From assembly GCF_009914755.1 (NCBI RefSeq), contig NC_060948.1: DNA of 64,000 bases; one strand, given 5' to 3'. Both the position numbers and the translations under genes were made by a program. The notes under the pieces are model-generated. The model was not told where the DNA came from, made no database searches, and worked only from the letters and a program-made list of their open reading frames with translations. Below, piece after piece: positions 1 through 14,321 of the stretch (the stretch's first letter is position 1; every line of letters starts with the position of its first letter). This stretch comes from the human T2T-CHM13v2.0 reference genome, Homo sapiens.

Positions 1-2057
1 AATTGATGTGAATGGAACGGAATGGAATGGAATCCAAAGGAATGGAATAGAATGGAATGGAATCGAATGGAAAGGACTCGAATGGAAATCACTCGAATAG
101 AATGCAATTTAATAAAATAGGATCAAATGTAATGGAATGGAATGGAAAGGAATCGAAACGAAAGGAATGGAGACAGATGGAATGGAATGGAACAGAGAGC
201 AATGGTATAGAATGGAATGGAATCATCTGGAATGGAATTGAATGGAATGGAATAATATGAAATGGAATGGAATGGAATGGAATGGAATGCCCTTGAATTG
301 AATGGACTGGAATGGAATGGACTCAAACAGAGTGGAATGGAAAGTGTGGAGATAGAATGGAATGAACTCCTTTGGAATGGTGTAGTATGCAATGCAATCG
401 ACTGGCAGGGAATCAAAAGGAATGTAATCGAATGGATTGGACTGGAATGCAATGGACTCGAATAGATTGGAAACGGAATGCAAAGGAATGGAATGGAATA
501 GTATGGAATGCAATGGAAGGGAATGGAGTGGAATAGACTAGAGTGGAATGGAATGGACTGGAAAGCAATGGACTGGAATGGAACTTTCTTGGATGGACTG
601 GAATCAAACGGAATGGAATGCAATGCAATCAAATGGCATGGAATAAAATAGAATGAAAGAGAATCAAATGGAATTGAATCGAATGGAATCGAATGGATTG
701 GAAAGGAATAGAATGGAATGGAATGGAATGGACTCAAATGGAATGGACTAGAATGGAATGGATTCGAATGGAAGGCAAAGGAATGGAATCTATTGGAATG
801 GACTGTAATGGAATGGAATGGAAGGGATTGGAATGGACTCGAATGGAATGGACTGCAATAGAAAGGATTCGAATGGAATGAAAAAGAATTGAATGGAATA
901 GAACAGAATGGAATCAAATCGAATGAAATGGAATGGAATAGAAAGGAATGGAATGAAATGGAATGGAAAGGATTCGAATGGAATGCAATCGAATGGAATG
1001 GAATCGAACGGAATGGAATAAAATGGAAGAAAACTGGCAAGAAATGGAATCGAAATGAATGGAGTGTTATGGAACGGACTCAAAAGGAATTGAATGTAAT
1101 AGAATGGAGTGGAGTGGACTCGAATATAATGGACTGGAATGGAATGAAATCACATGGAATGGGAACGAATGGAATGGAATGGAAAGGAATGGAATCGAAT
1201 GGAAAGGAATCGAATGGAAGGGAATGAAATTGAATCAACACGAATGGAAGGGAATAGAATAGACTGTAATGGAATGGACTCGAATAGAATGGACACGAAT
1301 GCTCAAATTAAATGGACTCGAATGGAATGGAAACGAAAGGAATGTCATCGAATGGAATTGAATCGATTGGAATGAAATCGCATAGAATGGAGTGGAATCA
1401 AATGGAATTGAATCGAAAGGAAAGGAAGCGAATGGACTGAAATGAAATGGAATGGAATTGAATGGAAAGTAATGCAATGGAATAGAATGGAACGAAATTT
1501 CACGGAATGGAATCAAACTGAATGGAATCAAATCAATGGAATCAAATCAAATGGAATGGAAAGGAATTGAATGGAGTAGATGGGATTGGATGGGATTGGA
1601 ATGAAATGTACTGGAAAGGACTCGAATTTCATGAAACGGAATGGAATGAATTGGAACGGAATGGACTCGAATGGAATGGAATGTCATGGGATGGCATCAA
1701 ATGGAATGACATCAAATGGAATGGAATCGAATGCAATGGAATGCTATGGAATGGAATGGAATGCATTGGAATGGAATGTCCGCTAATGGAATGGATTCGA
1801 GTGGAATGGAATTGAATATAATGGAGTCGAATGAAATGGAATTGAAAGGAATGGGATCGAATACAATGGAATATACTGGAATGTAACGTAATGAACTCGA
1901 ATGTAATTGACTGGAATGGAATGTACATGAATGGAATGTAATCGAATGGAAAGTAATCCAATGGAATAGAATCTAATGCAATAAAATCGACTCAGATAGA
2001 GTAGAATGTAATGGAATGGAGTGCAGTGCAATGGAATGGAATGGAATGGAATGCAAT

Positions 2058-2097
2058 GGAATGGAATGGAATGGAATGGAATGGAATGGAATGGAAT
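2058..2097 (+). repeat. Pure (GGAAT)n microsatellite nested in each unit (U1 copy shown, n=8)
   Basis: Perfect GGAAT run between GCAAT (2053-2057) and GGGAT (2098). The homologous tract varies from n=4 to n=10 across units. Confidence 0.9.
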
Positions 2098-2326
2098 GGG
2101 ATGGAATGGTATGGAATGGATAGTAATGGACTGGAGTGAAATGGACTGGAAAGGAATGGACTCAAATTGAAAGGGCTCGAAAGGAATGGAGTCAAATGGA
2201 ATGGTCTGGAATGGAATGAACACGAATGTAATGCAACCCAATAGAATGGAATCGAATGGCATGGAATATAAAGAAATGGAATCGAAGAGAATGGAAACAA
2301 ATGGAATGGAATTGAATGGAATGGAA

Positions 2327-2480
2327 TTGAATGGAATGGGAACGAATGGAGTGAAATTGTATGCAGTAGAAGAGAATAGAATGGAATGCAAGCGAAAGGA
2401 AAGGAATGGATTGGAATGGAATGGAATTCATTGGAATGGAAGGGAATGTAGTGTAATGGACAGGCCTGGAATAAAGTGGA
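2327..2480. other. DYZ1 diagnostic segment: EcoRI site (2424-2429), StuI/HaeIII site (2462-2467) and apparent classical Y-sexing PCR primer sites; present in every unit
   Basis: Seen: TTGAATGGAATGGGAACGAATGG at 2327-2349 and GGACAGGCCTGGAATAAAGTGGA at 2458-2480 (reverse complement TCCACTTTATTCCAGGCCTGTCC), spanning 154 bp. From memory these match the Y1.2/Y1.1 DYZ1 primers; not verified by search. Confidence 0.8.
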
Positions 2481-3579
2481 ATGCTACGGTCTCGAATGGA
2501 ATAAAAATGTATGGAATGGAATGCAATGAAACGGAATCGAATGTCATAGAATGTAATGGAATGCAAAAAAATGGAATCCAAAATCATTGACTGGAAAGGC
2601 TGGGTGTCGAAAGGAATTGACTCCAATGGAATGGAATCGAATGGAATGGAAGTGAATAGAATCGAACTAAATCGAATGGAATGGAATTGATAGGAACGGA
2701 ATGGAAAGGAATGCAATGATTTGGCATGGAAGGGAATCGAATGGCATCGAATGGAATGGAATGGAATGCAATGGAATGGAATGTATTAGAATGTAATGAA
2801 CTTTAATGGAATGTACTCGAATGGATTCGACTGGAATGGAATGTTCTGGAAGTGAATGGACTCCAATGGAATGGATTCAAAAGGAATGGAATCGTACGGA
2901 ATGGAATCTAATGGAATGGAATTAAATGGAAATGAATCAAATTGAATAGCACGGAATTGAATTGAATGGAATGGAATGCAATGGAATCTAATGAAACGGA
3001 AAGGAAAGGAATGGAATGGAATGGAATGGGCTGGAATGGAAAGGAATCGAAACGAATGGAATGGAATCGAAGTGAAGAGACTGGAATGGAATGCACTGGA
3101 ATGGAAGGGAGTGTAATGGAAGGTTCACGAAAAAAATGGAATCGAATGGAATGGAATTGAATGGAACGGAATAGAGTCGAATGGAATTGAATGGAATGGA
3201 ATGGACTAGAGTGAAATGGAATCGAACCACAAGGAATGGACAGGAATAGAATGGTCTCGAATTGAATGGAATCGTATGGAATGGCATCAAACGGAATGGA
3301 ATGGACAGCCACGGAATGGAATGCACTCGAAAGCAATGGAGTCGAAACTAATGGACTGGAATAGAATGGACTCGACTGGTACGGACTCCAATGGAATGGA
3401 ATCGAATGGAAGGGAATCGAACGGAAGGGAATCGAACGGAATGGACTCGAAGGGAAAAGACTGCAATGGAAAGGTCTCGAATGGAATGGAAATTAATGGA
3501 ATGGAATGGAATCGAATGAAATGGAGTCAAAAGGAATGGAATCGAATGGCAAGAAATCGAATGTAATGGAATCGCCAGG

Positions 3580-6500
3580 AATTGATGTGAATGGAACGGA
3601 ATGGAATGGAATCCAAAGGAATGGAATAGAATGGAATGGAATCGAATGGAAAGGACTCGAATGGAAATCACTCGAATAGAATGCAATTTAATAAAATAGG
3701 ATCAAATGTAATGGAATGGAATGGAAAGGAATCGAAACGAAAGGAATGGAGACAGATGGAATGGAATGGAACAGAGAGCAATGGTATAGAATGGAATGGA
3801 ATCATCTGGAATGGAATTGAATGGAATGGAATAATATGAAATGGAATGGAATGGAATGGAATGGAATGCCCTTGAATTGAATGGACTGGAATAGAATGGA
3901 CTCAAACAGAGTGGAATGGAAAGTGTGGAGATAGAATGGAATGAACTCCTTTGGAATGGTGTAGTATGCAATGCAATCGACTGGCAGGGAATCAAAAGGT
4001 ATGTAATCGAAAGGATTGGACTGGAATGCAAAGGACTCGAATAGATTGGAAACGGAATGCAAAGGAATGGAATGGAATAGTATGGAATGCAATGGAAGGG
4101 AATGGAGTGGAATAGACTAGAGTGGAATGGAATGGACTGGAAAGCAATGGACTGGAATGGAACTTTCTTGGATTGACTGGAATCAAACGGAATGGAATGC
4201 AGTGCAATCAAATGGCATGGAATAAAATAGAATGAAAGAGAATCAAATGGAATTGAATCGAATGGAATCGAATGGATTGGAAAGGAATAGAATGGAATGG
4301 AATGGAATGGACTCAAATGGAATGGACTAGAATGGAATGGATTCGAATGGAAGGCAAAGGAATGGAATCTATTGGAATGGACTGTAATGGAATGGAATGG
4401 AAGGGATTGGAATGGACTCGAATGGAATGGACTGCAATAGAAAGGATTCGAATGGAATGAAAAAGAATTGAATGGAATAGAACAGAATGGAATCAAATCG
4501 AATGAAATGGAATGGAATAGAAAGGAATGGAATGAAATGGAATGGAAAGGATTCGAATGGAATGCAATCGAATGGAATGGAATCGAACGGAATGGAATAA
4601 AATGGAAGAAAACTGGCAAGAAATGGAATCGAAATGAATGGAGTGTTATGGAACGGACTCAAAAGGAATTGAATGTAATAGAATGGAGTCTAGTGGACTC
4701 GAATATAATGGACTGGAATGGAATGAAATCACATGGAATGGGAACGAATGGAATGGAATGGAAAGGAATGGAATCGAATGGAAAGGAATCGAATGGAAGG
4801 GAATGAAATTGAGTCAACACGAATGGAAGGGAATAGAATAGACTGTAATGGAATGGACTCGAATAGAATGGACACGAATGCTCAAATTAAATGGACTCGA
4901 ATGGAATGGAAACGAAAGGAATGTCATCGAATGGAATTGAATCGATTGGAATGAAATCGCATAGAATGGAGTGGAATCAAATGGAATTGAATCGAAAGGA
5001 AAGGAAGCGAATGGACTGAAATGAAATGGAATGGAATTGAATGGAAAGTAATGCAATGGAATAGAATGGAACGAAATTTCACGGAATGGAATCAAACTGA
5101 ATGGAATCAAATCAATGGAATCAAATCAAATGGAATGGAAAGGAATTGAATGGAGTAGATGGGATTGGATGGGATTGGAATGAAATGTACTGGAAAGGAC
5201 TCGAATTTCATGAAACGGAATGGAATGAATTGGAACGGAATGGACTCGAATGGAATGGAATGTCATGGGATGGCATCAAATGGAATGACATCAAATGGAA
5301 TGGAATCGAATGCAATGGAATGCTATGGAATGGAATGGAATGCATTGGAATGGAATGTCCGCTAATGGAATGGATTCGAGTGGAATGGAATTGAATATAA
5401 TGGAGTCGAATGAAATGGAATTGAAAGGAATGGGATCGAATACAATGGAATATACTGGAATGTAACGTAATGAACTCGAATGTAATTGACTGGAATGGAA
5501 TGTACATGAATGGAATGTAATCGAATGGAAAGTAATCCAATGGAATAGAATCTAATGCAATAAAATCGACTCAGATAGAGTAGAATGTAATGGAATGGAG
5601 TGCAGTGCAATGGAATGGAATGGAATGGAATGCAATGGAATGGAATGGAATGGAATGGAATGGAATGGAATGGAATGGGATGGAATGGTATGGAATGGAT
5701 AGTAATGGACTGGAGTGAAATGGACTGGAAAGGAATGGACTCAAATTGAAAGGGCTCGAAAGGAATGGAGTCAAATGGAATGGTCTGGAATGGAATGAAC
5801 ACGAATGTAATGCAACCCAATAGAATGGAATCGAATGGCATGGAATATAAAGAAATGGAATCGAAGAGAATGGAAACAAATGGAATGGAATTGAATGGAA
5901 TGGAATTGAATGGAATGGGAACGAATGGAGTGAAATTGTATGCAGTAGAAGAGAATAGAATGGAATGCAAGCGAAAGGAAAGGAATGGATTGGAATGGAA
6001 TGGAATTCATTGGAATGGAAGGGAATGTAGTGTAATGGACAGGCCTGGAATAAAGTGGAATGCTACGGTCTCGAATGGAATAAAAATGTATGGAATGGAA
6101 TGCAATGAAACGGAATCGAATGTCATAGAATGTAATGGAATGCAAAAAAATGGAATCCAAAATCATTGACTGGAAAGGCTGGGTGTCGAAAGGAATTGAC
6201 TCCAATGGAATGGAATCGAATGGAATGGAAGTGAATAGAATCGAACTAAATCGAATGGAATGGAATTGATAGGAACGGAATGGAAAGGAATGCAATGATT
6301 TGGCATGGAATGGAATCGAATGGCATCGAATGGAATGGAATGGAATGCAATGGAATGGAATGTATTAGAATGGAATGAACTTTAATGGAATGTACTCGAA
6401 TGGATTCGACTGGAATGGAATGTTCTGGAAGTGAATGGACTCCAATGGAATGGATTCAAAAGGAATGGAATCGTACGGAATGGAATCTAATGGAATGGAA

Positions 6501-7158
6501 TTAAATGGAAATGAATCAAATTGAATAGCACGGAATTGAATTGAATGGAATGGAATGCAATGGAATCTAATGAAACGGAAAGGAAAGGAATGGAATGGAA
6601 TGGAATGGGCTGGAATGGAAAGGAATCGAAACGAATGGAATGGAATCGAAGTGAAGAGACTGGAATGGAATGCACTGGAATGGAAGGGAGTGTAATGGAA
6701 GGTTCTCGAAAAAAATGGAATCGAATGGAATGGAATTGAATGGAACGGAATAGAGTCGAATGGAATTGAATGGAATGGAATGGACTAGAGTGAAATGGAA
6801 TCGAACCACAAGGAATGGACAGGAATAGAATGGTCTCGAATTGAATGGAATCGTATGGAATGGCATCAAACGGAATGGAATGGACAGCCACGGAATGGAA
6901 TGCACTCGAAAGCAATGGAGTCGAAACTAATGGACTGGAATAGAATGGACTCGACTGGTACGGACTCCAATGGAATGGAATCGAATGCAAGGGAATCGAA
7001 CGGAAGGGAATCGAACGGAATGGACTCGAAGGGAAAAGACTGCAATGGAAAGGTCTCGAATGGAATGGAAATTAATGGAATGGAATGGAATCGAATGAAA
7101 TGGAGTCAAAAGGAATGGAATCGAATGGCAAGAAATCGAATGTAATGGAATCGCCAGG
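3580..7158 (+). repeat. Repeat unit U2 (3579 bp)
   Basis: Anchor spacing 3579; n=8; carries GGAGTCTAGT (4690-4691) and CGAATGCAAGG variants. Confidence 0.92.
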
Positions 7159-10100
7159 AATTGATGTGAATGGAACGGAATGGAATGGAATCCAAAGGAA
7201 TGGAATAGAATGGAATGGAATCGAATGGAAAGGACTCGAATGGAAATCACTCGAATAGAATGCAATTTAATAAAATAGGATCAAATGTAATGGAATGGAA
7301 TGGAAAGGAATCGAAACGAAAGGAATGGAGACAGATGGAATGGAATGGAACAGAGAGCAATGGTATAGAATGGAATGGAATCATCTGGAATGGAATTGAA
7401 TGGAATGGAATAATATGAAATGGAATGGAATGGAATGGAATGGAATGCCCTTGAATTGAATGGACTGGAATAGAATGGACTCAAACAGAGTGGAATGGAA
7501 AGTGTGGAGATAGAATGGAATGAACTCCTTTGGAATGGTGTAGTATGCAATGCAATCGACTGGCAGGGAATCAAAAGGTATGTAATCGAAAGGATTGGAC
7601 TGGAATGCAAAGGACTCGAATAGATTGGAAACGGAATGCAAAGGAATGGAATGGAATAGTATGGAATGCAATGGAAGGGAATGGAGTGGAATAGACTAGA
7701 GTGGAATGGAATGGACTGGAAAGCAATGGACTGGAATGGAACTTTCTTGGATGGACTGGAATCAAACGGAATGGAATGCAGTGCAATCAAATGGCATGGA
7801 ATAAAATAGAATGAAAGAGAATCAAATGGAATTGAATCGAATGGAATCGAATGGATTGGAAAGGAATAGAATGGAATGGAATGGAATGGACTCAAATGGA
7901 ATGGACTAGAATGGAATGGATTCGAATGGAAGGCAAAGGAATGGAATCTATTGGAATGGACTGTAATGGAATGGAATGGAAGGGATTGGAATGGACTCGA
8001 ATGGAATGGACTGCAATAGAAAGGATTCGAATGGAATGAAAAAGAATTGAATGGAATAGAACAGAATGGAATCAAATCGAATGAAATGGAATGGAATAGA
8101 AAGGAATGGAATGAAATGGAATGGAAAGGATTCGAATGGAATGCAATCGAATGGAATGGAATCGAACGGAATGGAATAAAATGGAAGAAAACTGGCAAGA
8201 AATGGAATCGAAATGAATGGAGTGTTATGGAACGGACTCAAAAGGAATTGAATGTAATAGAATGGAGTCTAGTGGACTCGAATATAATGGACTGGAATGG
8301 AATGAAATCACATGGAATGGGAACGAATGGAATGGAATGGAAAGGAATGGAATCGAATGGAAAGGAATCGAATGGAAGGGAATGAAATTGAGTCAACACG
8401 AATGGAAGGGAATAGAATAGACTGTAATGGAATGGACTCGAATAGAATGGACACGAATGCTCAAATTAAATGGACTCGAATGGAATGGAAACGAAAGGAA
8501 TGTCATCGAATGGAATTGAATCGATTGGAATGAAATCGCATAGAATGGAGTGGAATCAAATGGAATTGAATCGAAAGGAAAGGAAGCGAATGGACTGAAA
8601 TGAAATGGAATGGAATTGAATGGAAAGTAATGCAATGGAATAGAATGGAACGAAATTTCACGGAATGGAATCAAACTGAATGGAATCAAATCAATGGAAT
8701 CAAATCAAATGGAATGGAAAGGAATTGAATGGAGTAGATGGGATTGGATGGGATTGGAATGAAATGTACTGGAAAGGACTCGAATTTCATGAAACGGAAT
8801 GGAATGAATTGGAACGGAATGGACTCGAATGGAATGGAATGTCATGGGATGGCATCAAATGGAATGACATCAAATGGAATGGAATCGAATGCAATGGAAT
8901 GCTATGGAATGGAATGGAATGCATTGGAATGGAATGTCCGCTAATGGAATGGATTCGAGTGGAATGGAATTGAATATAATGGAGTCGAATGAAATGGAAT
9001 TGAAAGGAATGGGATCGAATACAATGGAATATACTGGAATGTAACGTAATGAACTCGAATGTAATTGACTGGAATGGAATGTACATGAATGGAATGTAAT
9101 CGAATGGAAAGTAATCCAATGGAATAGAATCTAATGCAATAAAATCGACTCAGATAGAGTAGAATGTAATGGAATGGAGTGCAGTGCAATGGAATGGAAT
9201 GGAATGGAATGCAATGGAATGGAATGGAATGGAATGGAATGGAATGGAATGGAATGGAATGGGATGGAATGGTATGGAATGGATAGTAATGGACTGGAGT
9301 GAAATGGACTGGAAAGGAATGGACTCAAATTGAAAGGGCTCGAAAGGAATGGAGTCAAATGGAATGGTCTGGAATGGAATGAACACGAATGTAATGCAAC
9401 CCAATAGAATGGAATCGAATGGCATGGAATATAAAGAAATGGAATCGAAGAGAATGGAAACAAATGGAATGGAATTGAATGGAATGGAATTGAATGGAAT
9501 GGGAACGAATGGAGTGAAATTGTATGCAGTAGAAGAGAATAGAATGGAATGCAAGCGAAAGGAAAGGAATGGATTGGAATGGAATGGAATTCATTGGAAT
9601 GGAAGGGAATGTAGTGTAATGGACAGGCCTGGAATAAAGTGGAATGCTACGGTCTCGAATGGAATAAAAATGTATGGAATGGAATGCAATGAAACGGAAT
9701 CGAATGTCATAGAATGTAATGGAATGCAAAAAAATGGAATCCAAAATCATTGACTGGAAAGGCTGGGTGTCGAAAGGAATTGACTCCAATGGAATGGAAT
9801 CGAATGGAATGGAAGTGAATAGAATCGAACTAAATCGAATGGAATGGAATTGATAGGAACGGAATGGAAAGGAATGCAATGATTTGGCATGGAATGGAAT
9901 CGAATGGCATCGAATGGAATGGAATGGAATGCAATGGAATGGAATGTATTAGAATGGAATGAACTTTAATGGAATGTACTCGAATGGATTCGACTGGAAT
10001 GGAATGTTCTGGAAGTGAATGGACTCCAATGGAATGGATTCAAAAGGAATGGAATCGTACGGAATGGAATCTAATGGAATGGAATTAAATGGAAATGAAT

Positions 10101-10742
10101 CAAATTGAATAGCACGGAATTGAATTGAATGGAATGGAATGCAATGGAATCTAATGAAACGGAAAGGAAAGGAATGGAATGGAATGGAATGGGCTGGAAT
10201 GGAAAGGAATCGAAACGAATGGAATGGAATCGAAGTGAAGAGACTGGAATGGAATGCACTGGAATGGAAGGGAGTGTAATGGAAGGTTCTCGAAAAAAAT
10301 GGAATCGAATGGAATGGAATTGAATGGAACGGAATAGAGTCGAATGGAATTGAATGGAATGGAATGGACTAGAGTGAAATGGAATCGAACCACAAGGAAT
10401 GGACAGGAATAGAATGGTCTCGAATTGAATGGAATCGTATGGAATGGCATCAAACGGAATGGAATGGACAGCCACGGAATGGAATGCACTCGAAAGCAAT
10501 GGAGTCGAAACTAATGGACTGGAATAGAATGGACTCGACTGGTACGGACTCCAATGGAATGGAATCGAATGCAAGGGAATCGAACGGAAGGGAATCGAAC
10601 GGAATGGACTCGAAGGGAAAAGACTGCAATGGAAAGGTCTCGAATGGAATGGAAATTAATGGAATGGAATGGAATCGAATGAAATGGAGTCAAAAGGAAT
10701 GGAATCGAATGGCAAGAAATCGAATGTAATGGAATCGCCAGG
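7159..10742 (+). repeat. Repeat unit U3 (3584 bp)
   Basis: Anchor spacing 3584; n=9; same diagnostic variants as U2. Confidence 0.92.
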
Positions 10743-13700
10743 AATTGATGTGAATGGAACGGAATGGAATGGAATCCAAAGGAATGGAATAGAATGGAAT
10801 GGAATCGAATGGAAAGGACTCGAATGGAAATCACTCGAATAGAATGCAATTTAATAAAATAGGATCAAATGTAATGGAATGGAATGGAAAGGAATCGAAA
10901 CGAAAGGAATGGAGACAGATGGAATGGAATGGAACAGAGAGCAATGGTATAGAATGGAATGGAATCATCTGGAATGGAATTGAATGGAATGGAATAATAT
11001 GAAATGGAATGGAATGGAATGGAATGGAATGCCCTTGAATTGAATGGACTGGAATAGAATGGACTCAAACAGAGTGGAATGGAAAGTGTGGAGATAGAAT
11101 GGAATGAACTCCTTTGGAATGGTGTAGTATGCAATGCAATCGACTGGCAGGGAATCAAAAGGTATGTAATCGAAAGGATTGGACTGGAATGCAAAGGACT
11201 CGAATAGATTGGAAACGGAATGCAAAGGAATGGAATGGAATAGTATGGAATGCAATGGAAGGGAATGGAGTGGAATAGACTAGAGTGGAATGGAATGGAC
11301 TGGAAAGCAATGGACTGGAATGGAACTTTCTTGGATGGACTGGAATCAAACGGAATGGAATGCAGTGCAATCAAATGGCATGGAATAAAATAGAATGAAA
11401 GAGAATCAAATGGAATTGAATCGAATGGAATCGAATGGATTGGAAAGGAATAGAATGGAATGGAATGGAATGGACTCAAATGGAATGGACTAGAATGGAA
11501 TGGATTCGAATGGAAGGCAAAGGAATGGAATCTATTGGAATGGACTGTAATGGAATGGAATGGAAGGGATTGGAATGGACTCGAATGGAATGGACTGCAA
11601 TAGAAAGGATTCGAATGGAATGAAAAAGAATTGAATGGAATAGAACAGAATGGAATCAAATCGAATGAAATGGAATGGAATAGAAAGGAATGGAATGAAA
11701 TGGAATGGAAAGGATTCGAATGGAATGCAATCGAATGGAATGGAATCGAACGGAATGGAATAAAATGGAAGAAAACTGGCAAGAAATGGAATCGAAATGA
11801 ATGGAGTGTTATGGAACGGACTCAAAAGGAATTGAATGTAATAGAATGGAGTGGAGTGGACTCGAATATAATGGACTGGAATGGAATGAAATCACATGGA
11901 ATGGGAACGAATGGAATGGAATGGAAAGGAATGGAATCGAATGGAAAGGAATCGAATGGAAGGGAATGAAATTGAATCAACACGAATGGAAGGGAATAGA
12001 ATAGACTGTAATGGAATGGACTCGAATAGAATGGACACGAATGCTCAAATTAAATGGACTCGAATGGAATGGAAACGAAAGGAATGTCATCGAATGGAAT
12101 TGAATCGATTGGAATGAAATCGCATAGAATGGAGTGGAATCAAATGGAATTGAATCGAAAGGAAAGGAAGCGAATGGACTGAAATGAAATGGAATGGAAT
12201 TGAATGGAAAGTAATGCAATGGAATAGAATGGAACGAAATTTCACGGAATGGAATCAAACTGAATGGAATCAAATCAATGGAATCAAATCAAATGGAATG
12301 GAAAGGAATTGAATGGAGTAGATGGGATTGGATGGGATTGGAATGAAATGTACTGGAAAGGACTCGAATTTCATGAAACGGAATGGAATGAATTGGAACG
12401 GAATGGACTCGAATGGAATGGAATGTCATGGGATGGCATCAAATGGAATGGCATCAAATGGAATGGAATCGAATGCAATGGAATGCTATAGAATGGAATG
12501 GAATGCATTGGAATGGAATGTCCTCTAATGGAGTGGATTCGAGTGGAATGGAATTGAATATAATGGAGTCGAATGAAATGGAATTGAAAGGAATGGGATC
12601 GAATACAATGGAATATACTGGAATGTAACGTAATGAACTCGAATGTAATTGACTGGAATGGAATGTACATGAATGGAATGTAATCGAATGGAAAGTAATC
12701 CAATGGAATAGAATCTAATGCAATAAAATCGACTCAGATAGAGTAGAATGTAATGGAATGGAGTGCAGTGCAATGGAATGGAATGGAATGGAATGCAATG
12801 GAATGGAATGGAATGGAATGGAATGGAATGGAATGGAATGGGATGGAATGGTATGGAATGGATAGTAATGGACTGGAGTGAAATGGACTGGAAAGGAATG
12901 GACTCAAATTGAAAGGGCTCGAAAGGAATGGAGTCAAATGGAATGGTCTGGAATGGAATGAACACGAATGTAATGCAACCCAATAGAATGGAATCGAATG
13001 GCATGGAATATAAAGAAATGGAATCGAAGAGAATGGAAACAAATGGAATGGAATTGAATGGAATGGAATTGAATGGAATGGGAACGAATGGAGTGAAATT
13101 GTATGCAGTAGAAGAGAATAGAATGGAATGCAAGCGAAAGGAAAGGAATGGATTGGAATGGAATGGAATTCATTGGAATGGAAGGGAATGTAGTGTAATG
13201 GACAGGCCTGGAATAAAGTGGAATGCTACGGTCTCGAATGGAATAAAAATGTATGGAATGGAATGCAATGAAACGGAATCGAATGTCATAGAATGTAATG
13301 GAATGCAAAAAAATGGAATCCAAAATCATTGACTGGAAAGGCTGGGTGTCGAAAGGAATTGACTCCAATGGAATGGAATCGAATGGAATGGAAGTGAATA
13401 GAATCGAACTAAATCGAATGGAATGGAATTGATAGGAACGGAATGGAAAGGAATGCAATGATTTGGCATGGAATGGAATCGAATGGCATCGAATGGAATG
13501 GAATGGAATGCAATGGAATGGAATGTATTAGAATGTAATGAACTTTAATGGAATGTACTCGAATGGATTCGACTGGAATGGAATGTTCTGGAAGTGAATG
13601 GACTCCAATGGAATGGATTCAAAAGGAATGGAATCGTACGGAATGGAATCTAATGGAATGGAATTAAATGGAAATGAATCAAATTGAATAGCACGGAATT

Positions 13701-14321
13701 GAATTGAATGGAATGGAATGCAATGGAATCTAATGAAACGGAAAGGAAAGGAATGGAATGGAATGGAATGGGCTGGAATGGAAAGGAATCGAAACGAATG
13801 GAATGGAATCGAACTGAAGAGACTGGAATGGAATGCACTGGAATGGAAGGGAGTGTAATGGAAGGTTCTCGAAAAAAATGGAATCGAATGGAATGGAATT
13901 GAATGGAACGGAATAGAGTCGAATGGAATTGAATGGAATGGAATGGACTAGAGTGAAATGGAATCGAACCACAAGGAATGGACAGGAATAGAATGGTCTC
14001 GAATTGAATGGAATCGTATGGAATGGCATCAAACGGAATGGAATGGACAGCCACGGAATGGAATGCACTCGAATGCAATGGAGTCGAAACTAATGGACTG
14101 GAATAGAATGGACTCGACTGGTACGGACTCCAATGGAATGGAATCGAATGGAAGGGAATCGAACGGAATGGAATCGAACGGAATGGACTCGAAGGGAAAA
14201 GACTGCAATGGAAAGGTCTCGAATGGAATGGAAATTAATGGAATGGAATGGAATCGAATGAAATGGAGTCAAAAGGAATGGAATCGAATGGCAAGAAATC
14301 GAATGTAATGGAATCGCCAGG
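10743..14321 (+). repeat. Repeat unit U4 (3579 bp)
   Basis: Anchor spacing 3579; n=8; GGCATC/GCTATAG/TCCTCTAATGGAGT haplotype at about 12450-12535. Confidence 0.92.

Larger units (their letters stand above)
1..3579 (+). repeat. Repeat unit U1 (3579 bp)
   Basis: AATTGATGTG at 1 recurs at 3580. Inner tract is (GGAAT)8. Private variants near 2732 and 3127. Confidence 0.92.

Noticed and set aside
123-1040. 305-aa minus-strand ORF (and 174-224 aa ones) recurring intact in every unit
   Set aside because: Pure (ATTCC)n has no stop codon in any frame and translates as FHSIP repeats, so long ORFs are expected. Their conservation only reflects near-identical units. No domain or gene structure is recognisable.
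105-2510. AATAAA hexamers (about 111, 642, 1017, 1980, 2470, 2500) as polyadenylation signals
   Set aside because: They are easily generated by mutation of GGAAT GGAAT in A-rich sequence. There is no downstream GU/U-rich element or transcript evidence.
2561-2612. A7 run followed by GGCTGGGTGT resembling an Alu 5' end or retro-insertion scar
   Set aside because: The match is only about 10 bp, stays in pentamer register, and has no Alu body or target-site duplication.
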